The notes beneath the pieces were generated by a model. The model searched no databases. It saw nothing but the letters and a program-made list of their open reading frames with translations, and was not told where the DNA came from. From Candidatus Omnitrophota bacterium (GTDB lineage Bacteria; Omnitrophota; Gorgyraeia; 1-14-0-20-64-10): a stretch of 50,347 nucleotides of DNA. The stretch is taken from assembly GCA_030651065.1 (NCBI GenBank), contig JAUSCU010000018.1, forward strand, positions 1 through 50,347, given 5' to 3'. Position numbers and translations under genes: made by a program. Below are positions 45,333 through 50,347 of the stretch, piece after piece. How positions within the stretch are numbered: position 1 is the stretch's first letter; each line of letters starts with the position of its first letter.

Positions 45333-46159
45333 ATTTGCACCTGCACACGCGCCACTCCGATGGCACGTTCGCCCCGGAAGAGGTGATCCGGCGCGCCAAG
45401 TCGCTCAAGATGACCACGATCAGCATCACCGACCACGACACCGTTTCCGCGCTGCCGGCCGCGCGCCGGGCGGCCGGCCCTTCGACAGGCTCAGGAGATC
45501 TGGAGATCCTGACCGGCATCGAGATGACCGCCGTCTCCCACGACCGGGAGCTGCACGTGCTCGGCTACGGGTTCCGGGAGGAGGATCCGGCAATGCAGGA
45601 TTACATCCGGCAGGCGCAGGAGCGCCGGCACGGCCGGATCCATTTGATGATTGACCAGCTGAATGCCCGCGGGATCGAGGTGACCCGGGCGGAGGTTGAG
45701 AAGATCGCCGGAGAAGGGACCTCCATCGGCCGGCCGCACCTGGCGGAGGCGCTGCTCAAGAAAGGGGTGGTCAACTCCCTCAATGAGGCGTTCGACCGGT
45801 ACATCGGCGACCACGCTCCCTGTTTCGTGAAGCAGGCGATCCTCACCACGGCGGATGCCGCGCGGCTCATCCGGCAGGCGGGCGGCGTGGCGGTGCTGGC
45901 GCACCCCTATCGCATGGTGGAAGATGACTGGATCCCCTCGCTGGCGGCCGACGGCATCCAGGGGATCGAGGTGTATCACTCCGACCATAACCCCGCGACG
46001 ATCCGGCATTACCTGAAGATCACGCAGGAGCTCAACCTGTTGGCCACCGGCGGCTCTGATTGCCATGGATTTCGAAAAGCCAAAGGGCCGCTGATCGGTA
46101 CGGTGAAAGTACCGGACAGCTGCCTGGAAGAGCTGAAGCAAACCCTGAAGGGGTCATGA
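45323..46159 (+). CDS. PHP-domain phosphoesterase (TrpH/YciV-like)
   Basis: IDLHLHTRHSDG......ISITDHDT...GIE......H.LGY......AHP......GIEVYHS.... Confidence 0.8.
   Translation: MPIDLHLHTRHSDGTFAPEEVIRRAKSLKMTTISITDHDTVSALPAARRAAGPSTGSGDLEILTGIEMTAVSHDRELHVLGYGFREEDPAMQDYIRQAQERRHGRIHLMIDQLNARGIEVTRAEVEKIAGEGTSIGRPHLAEALLKKGVVNSLNEAFDRYIGDHAPCFVKQAILTTADAARLIRQAGGVAVLAHPYRMVEDDWIPSLAADGIQGIEVYHSDHNPATIRHYLKITQELNLLATGGSDCHGFRKAKGPLIGTVKVPDSCLEELKQTLKGS
45478..45503 (+). repeat. copy of the CCTTCGACARGCTCAGG motif (cccttcgacaggctcaggagatctgg) inside the PHP gene, read in a different frame
   Basis: 17/17 identical to the copy at 1445-1461. Read as P-S-T-G-S-G-D-L. Confidence 0.85.
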
Positions 46160-47247
46160 CCCGCCAGGATGCCCGTTTCATGCGGATGGCGCTGGATCTG
46201 GCGGCCCGGGCCCGCGGCGGCACGCTGCCGAACCCGATGGTCGGCGCGGTGGTGGTCCGTTCCGGCCGGGTCGCCGGGCGGGCCTGGCATTCCAAGGCCG
46301 GCCGGCCGCACGCTGAAGCCCTGGCGCTGGCCCAAGCCGGCGCCGCGGCAAAAGGAGCCACCTTGTACATTTCGCTCGAACCTTGTTCCCACACGGGACG
46401 CACCCCTCCCTGTACCGAAGCGATCTTGAAAGCCGGCGTCCGCCGCGTGGTGGCGGCGATGGTGGACCCGGATCCCCGCGTGCGAGGCAGGGGCCTGCGC
46501 CGGCTTCGGTCGGCCGGCATCCGGACCACCGTGGGGGTTTTGGAGCCCCAAGCCCGCGCGCTTAATGAGCCGTTCATCACTCGAGTCAGCCGGGGCAGGC
46601 CGTTCGTCACGGTGAAGATCGCGCAGTCCCTGGACGGCCGGATTGCCGACGCCCTCGGGCGCTCCCGCTGGATCAGCGGACCGGCCGCCCGGCGATGGGC
46701 GCACCGTCTTCGCTCGGAGCAGGACGCGTTGTTGGTCGGCGTGAACACGGTGCTGGCGGACGATCCGAGGCTGACGGTCCGGTTCAAGTCGGGAAACAGG
46801 AAACCTCTAAAAATCGTGCTGGATTCTTCGCTTCGAACTCCGCCCAAGGCCCGGCTTTTCTCCGGAGGCGGGCGCGTTTTGATCGCTACGACGCTGCGCG
46901 CCTCCCGGGTGCTTGAAAACCGCCTGTGTCGGGCCGGAGCCGAGGTGATCCGCCTGCCGGGCCGGGCCGGCCGTGTCCATTTTCAGGAGGTTCTCAAACT
47001 ACTGGCGAGACGGGGGATTTCCAAGCTGATGATCGAAGGGGGCGGCGAAGTGGTGGCCTCGGCCCTCAAGGCGCGCGCGGTGGATCGGGTCGCCTGGATC
47101 CTCGCGCCGAAAATCTTCGGCGCCGGCGGCTGCGTCCCCGCGGTCGGGGGTCTTGGGATACGTTCCTTGAACCAGGCCGTCCGGCTGAAGAATCTCCGGG
47201 CCGTTCGGATGGGGGAGGATTGGGTGATGACGGGGGAGGTTCGGTGA
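46156..47247 (+). CDS. ribD: bifunctional diaminohydroxyphosphoribosylaminopyrimidine deaminase / 5-amino-6-(5-phosphoribosylamino)uracil reductase
   Basis: FMRMALDLA......NP.VGAVVV......G.H..AG.PHAE..AL, SLEPCSH.GRTPPC (deaminase zinc site), then the reductase half (KIAQSLDGRIA...). ATGA overlap with the PHP gene. Confidence 0.9.
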   Translation: MTRQDARFMRMALDLAARARGGTLPNPMVGAVVVRSGRVAGRAWHSKAGRPHAEALALAQAGAAAKGATLYISLEPCSHTGRTPPCTEAILKAGVRRVVAAMVDPDPRVRGRGLRRLRSAGIRTTVGVLEPQARALNEPFITRVSRGRPFVTVKIAQSLDGRIADALGRSRWISGPAARRWAHRLRSEQDALLVGVNTVLADDPRLTVRFKSGNRKPLKIVLDSSLRTPPKARLFSGGGRVLIATTLRASRVLENRLCRAGAEVIRLPGRAGRVHFQEVLKLLARRGISKLMIEGGGEVVASALKARAVDRVAWILAPKIFGAGGCVPAVGGLGIRSLNQAVRLKNLRAVRMGEDWVMTGEVR

Positions 47248-47915
47248 TGCGCCCAGCAAAGGCCTTTCCTGCCTGCTGCCTGCTGTTTTCTGCTTTCTGG
47301 ATCTTCGTTTCCCCCGCGGTTTCGGCCGAGGATCTGGACCAGCTCCGCGAGGATCTCCGGCAGAGCCAGAACGCCCTCGAGGAACTGAGGGTTTCCCGCG
47401 AAAAACTTGAAAATTCGGCCCAGGATCGGGAGACGCTGGACCGGATCAGGGAAGAGATTTCCCGGAAATCTAACGAGCTCGACACCACGCTGCTGGAGCT
47501 TGGGGCCCAAAACCGGGAGGAGCAGCTCTGCTTCGCCGTCCTGCGGGGGGACGAGGCTCAGGTCAAACGGTTGCTGCGGGAGGGGGCTGACCCCAACGGC
47601 AAGAACCGGTTCGGCGGCTCCGCGCTGGAAGGGGCGGCCGACGGAGGGTTCACCGAGATCGTCCGGCTGCTGGTTCACAAAGGGGCGGACGTTAATTCCA
47701 AGGGGACGCTGGGCGGAACGCCGTTGATCCTGGCTGCCTCCAAAGGGCATCGGGAAGTGGTCCGCTTCTTGTTGGAATCGAAAGCCGACGTGAATGCCCG
47801 GGCCGACACCGGTGTGACCGCGCTGACGGTAGCAAAGGAGAACCGGCACAAAGAGGTGGTGGAACTTTTAAAAAAGGCCGGGGCGAAGGAGCAGGTTGTT
47901 TACCGGGATTATTGA
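47247..47915 (+). CDS. exported ankyrin-repeat protein
   Basis: Signal peptide (MRPAKAFPACCLLFSAFWIFVSPAVSA), a short coiled-coil, then at least 3 ANK repeats (GADPNGKN..G.SAL..AA..G..EIVRLLV.KGADVN......G.TPL..AA..GH.EVV.FLL...ADVN). Confidence 0.8.
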   Translation: MRPAKAFPACCLLFSAFWIFVSPAVSAEDLDQLREDLRQSQNALEELRVSREKLENSAQDRETLDRIREEISRKSNELDTTLLELGAQNREEQLCFAVLRGDEAQVKRLLREGADPNGKNRFGGSALEGAADGGFTEIVRLLVHKGADVNSKGTLGGTPLILAASKGHREVVRFLLESKADVNARADTGVTALTVAKENRHKEVVELLKKAGAKEQVVYRDY

Positions 47916-48489
47916 AACCACCGGCGAAGTGCTCGCCCGCCGGGCGGGCCTGCTTCGGATCCGGCCCGCGCGGCCGCTGAAAGGGCTGGCGGAGGGTGAG
48001 AGCATCGCCCTGAACGGCGTCTGCCTGACATTGGACCGTTCCCGGAAGGGAGATCTGGAATTCCGTCTGCTTCCGGAGACTCTGCGGGCCACGACGCTGG
48101 GGATTTTGAAGCCGGGCGGGCGCGTGAACCTGGAGCGGTCGTTGCGGGCGGGCAGCCGGGTGGGAGGCCACCTGGTTCTGGGCCACGTGGACGGGAAGGG
48201 AAAGGTGGCCGTCCTCCGGAAAGTGAAGGACACCGCGACGCTCGAGATCTCGTTGTCTCCCGCGATGGGCGCGCTGCTGGTCCCCAAAGGCCCGATCACC
48301 GTGGATGGGGTGAGCCTGACGATCGGAACCACGGTACCGGGTACCCGGAGGGTACCCGGTACCGATTGTTTTTCCGTGCACTTAATCCGGCACACTCTTT
48401 CCTCGACGACGCTTTCCGGAAAGAGGCCGGGCGACGAGGTCAATCTGGAGATTGATCCGGTCGCCAAGATTTTGAGGGGCATGCTATAG
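47896..48489 (+). CDS. ribE: riboflavin synthase alpha chain
   Basis: (M)FTGIIETTGEV......GESIALNGVCLT......NLER......GGHLV.GHVDG......KG.ITVDGVSLT. The TTG start overlaps the ankyrin gene by 20 nt. Confidence 0.88.
   Translation: MFTGIIETTGEVLARRAGLLRIRPARPLKGLAEGESIALNGVCLTLDRSRKGDLEFRLLPETLRATTLGILKPGGRVNLERSLRAGSRVGGHLVLGHVDGKGKVAVLRKVKDTATLEISLSPAMGALLVPKGPITVDGVSLTIGTTVPGTRRVPGTDCFSVHLIRHTLSSTTLSGKRPGDEVNLEIDPVAKILRGML
48332..48364. repeat. perfect 15-bp inverted repeat with 3-nt spacer inside ribE
   Basis: cggtaccgggtaccc-gga-gggtacccggtaccg; encodes T-V-P-G-T-R-R-V-P-G-T-D. Confidence 0.9.
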
Positions 48490-48497
48490 TGGGCGGA

Positions 48498-48992
48498 ATG
48501 CGAAAGATAAAGATCAAAAAACTCCCGGTCTGGGCGGTGGTCGTCCTGCTGTGCGCCGCCGCGTTGGCCCGGGCGGTGGAGCTGCAGTCCGATCAGACGA
48601 TCACTGCCGCCGTCGTGCAGCGGGCGATAGACGGCGACACCGTGGTGCTGGTGGGCGGCGAGAGGGTCCGCTACATCGGCGTGGACACGCCGGAACTGCA
48701 TCATCCGAAAAAGAAAGTCCAGCCGTACGCCCGGGAAGCCATGGAGTTCAACCGCCGGCTGGTGGAAGGCCAAAAGGTCCGGTTAGAGACGGATGTGGAG
48801 CGCCGGGACAGGTACGGCCGCCTGCTCGCGTACGTCTACCTCGAAGACGGCCGGTTCGTGAACGCTGAGCTCCTGAAAGCAGGTTACGCTCAGCTGCTGA
48901 CGATCCCGCCCAACGTGCGCTACGTGGATCTGTTCATCGGCCTGCAGAAACAGGCGCGGGATGCCAAGCGGGGACTATGGGGAAAACGATGA
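48498..48992 (+). CDS. thermonuclease (SNase-like) family protein with N-terminal anchor/signal
   Basis: V.RAIDGDTVVL......VRYIGVDTPE......PYAREA..FN..LV.G..V.LE.D....DRYGRLLAYVYL.DG..VNAELLK.GYA. The GTG at 48489 is an alternative start. Confidence 0.8.
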   Translation: MRKIKIKKLPVWAVVVLLCAAALARAVELQSDQTITAAVVQRAIDGDTVVLVGGERVRYIGVDTPELHHPKKKVQPYAREAMEFNRRLVEGQKVRLETDVERRDRYGRLLAYVYLEDGRFVNAELLKAGYAQLLTIPPNVRYVDLFIGLQKQARDAKRGLWGKR

Positions 48993-50323
48993 ACTTAAAG
49001 ATACCCCTGCTCACCCTGATGCTGGCGTTTTCACTTACCGGATGCGTCAAGCGGACAATCCTCATCGAGTCCGAGCCGGCGGGCGCGAAGGTCTGGATCA
49101 ACGAGCATCCGGCCGGCACCACGCCGGTCAAGTACGAGTTCATCACGCACGGCCGCTATAACTTCCGCCTGAGGAAGAGCGGCTTTCGGGAAGTGGTGGC
49201 CAGAGAGAAGGTGCCTGCCCCGCTTTACGAGTGGATCCCGTTTGATTTCTTCGCGGAGATCCTGCTGCCGGTCCGGTTGGAGGACAAGCACCGCTTCCTT
49301 TATAAGCTGACGCCCGAAGCCCCTTCGGAGAGGCTGCAGGAGGAGACCCCGGCCGACGTCAAGGCGGATCTGGAAGGGCTCCAGGACTCTGATCCGGAGA
49401 AGCGCCGCGCCGCCTGCTTCAATCTGGCCCGCCGGCGAGACCCCTCCACGGCGGAGGCTGTGCTCGCGGCCACACGGGATCCGGCCCCGATTGTTCGCAA
49501 GACCGCGCTCCAGGCTTTTCGGGCGATCCGCGGCAAGGACTCCCTGCCTCGCTTGACCGAAATGCTGGCGCAGGACCCGAACCCCGAGGTGCGCTGGCAG
49601 GCTGCGGCGGAGATCGAGGCTCTCAAAGGGAAGCAGGCGATTCCGGATCTCATCCAAGCGCTGAAGGACAAGGACCCTCTGGTACGGGCGGGGGCGGCCG
49701 AAGCGCTCAAAGGGATCTCCCCTGATCCGCAGGCTGCCCGCCCCCTGATTTTGGCTCTTCGGGACAAGGACACCACGGTGCGGCGGGCCGCAGCCGAAGC
49801 ACTCGGGAAGATCGGCGACCGCTCGGCGGTCAGGCCGCTGATCAGGGTCCTGTTCCACCATGATTTCCAGACCCGCCGCCGGGCGGCCGCGTCGCTGGGA
49901 CAGATCGGCGACCCATCGGCCGGTTTCGCGCTCGCCCGTTCGCTGGATAACTGGGACCCCAAGCTGCGGCAGATCGCCGGCCAAGTCTTGATCCAGATGG
50001 GGGACCGGCGCGCGGTGCCGATGCTGATCCGGTACTTACGCTCTTGGGAAGCAACCACGCGGCAGGAATCGGCGATCGTTCTGGGCGGGCTGAAGGATGA
50101 GAGGGCGGTCGAGCCGCTGGTCCGCGCGTTCCACCGCGAACCGAACCCAGTCACCAGCCATGCCATGCTGGAGGCCCTCCAATCCCTCGGGGCCCAGACG
50201 GACCCCAGCTGGGAGGAAGTGGACCGCTACCGTCTTCAGAAATACCAGGAGCGGGTGAACCGGCAGGACAAAAAGGAAAAGAAGCAGCAAGAACAGGGAT
50301 CCGAAAAGGGGGTAGAATACTAG
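48989..50323 (+). CDS. lipoprotein with PEGA domain and HEAT (PBS-lyase-type) repeats
   Basis: Lipobox LAFSLTGC. The IESEPAGAKVWINEHPAGTTP segment is PEGA-like. Then repeated D..VR..AA.ALG.IGD..AV.PLI..L units. ATGA overlap with the nuclease gene. Confidence 0.7.
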   Translation: MNLKIPLLTLMLAFSLTGCVKRTILIESEPAGAKVWINEHPAGTTPVKYEFITHGRYNFRLRKSGFREVVAREKVPAPLYEWIPFDFFAEILLPVRLEDKHRFLYKLTPEAPSERLQEETPADVKADLEGLQDSDPEKRRAACFNLARRRDPSTAEAVLAATRDPAPIVRKTALQAFRAIRGKDSLPRLTEMLAQDPNPEVRWQAAAEIEALKGKQAIPDLIQALKDKDPLVRAGAAEALKGISPDPQAARPLILALRDKDTTVRRAAAEALGKIGDRSAVRPLIRVLFHHDFQTRRRAAASLGQIGDPSAGFALARSLDNWDPKLRQIAGQVLIQMGDRRAVPMLIRYLRSWEATTRQESAIVLGGLKDERAVEPLVRAFHREPNPVTSHAMLEALQSLGAQTDPSWEEVDRYRLQKYQERVNRQDKKEKKQQEQGSEKGVEY

Positions 50324-50347
50324 CTTCCTTTTGCAGCGGATCGTACG

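Noticed and set aside
47540-47570. gaggctcagg in the ankyrin gene as a possible fifth copy of the 17-nt motif
   Set aside because: Only the gctcagg heptamer matches and the upstream ccttcgaca part is absent. The residues (GDEAQVKRLL) are the ordinary ankyrin-repeat consensus.

Overview
High-GC bacterial chromosome segment, probably from an uncultured lineage (no taxon can be assigned from sequence alone). It consists almost entirely of core housekeeping operons on the + strand, with very tight and often overlapping gene junctions. Gene order: queA-(gamma-CA-like)-tgt-yajC-secDF-recJ; lepB(-); AsmA-like/CoA-binding/Zn-ribbon/cyclase; GGDEF(-); SDR epimerase-cupin-typA; a short AT-rich island with an ORF6N remnant; FIST(-)/yajQ; mutS-mutL-PaaI thioesterase-HD/CYTH fusion-receiver-DUF4139-like; rpmB(-)/recG-rsmD-coaD-yceD-rpmF-plsX-fabH-[polytopic membrane protein]-fabD-acpP-fabF-fabI; a 280-nt structured intergenic element; smc; GT-C-like membrane protein(-) and GAF-GGDEF(-); transaldolase-like; ribBA-ribH-nusB-PHP-ribD-ankyrin-ribE-thermonuclease-PEGA/HEAT. 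I found no rRNA, tRNA, CRISPR array, transposase or recognisable defence genes. The signals not explained by ordinary annotation are: (1) four hairpins with fully compensated arms and a common TCRCA-N3-TGYGA core, in and around a truncated ORF6N gene in the AT-rich island at 13.24-13.70 kb. (2) A 280-nt element at 34679-34958 closed by a 20-position stem, with mutually exclusive internal helices; it could be a structured ncRNA or a MITE. (3) A 17-nt motif, CCTTCGACARGCTCAGG, embedded in-frame in four unrelated housekeeping genes. (4) A perfect 15-bp inverted repeat inside ribE. (5) An alarmone-hydrolase-type HD domain fused to a CYTH domain and coupled to a receiver and a DUF4139-like exported protein. 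(6) A membrane protein wedged into the fab operon where fabG is missing. All family assignments come from motif recognition by eye; no searches or folding programs were run.
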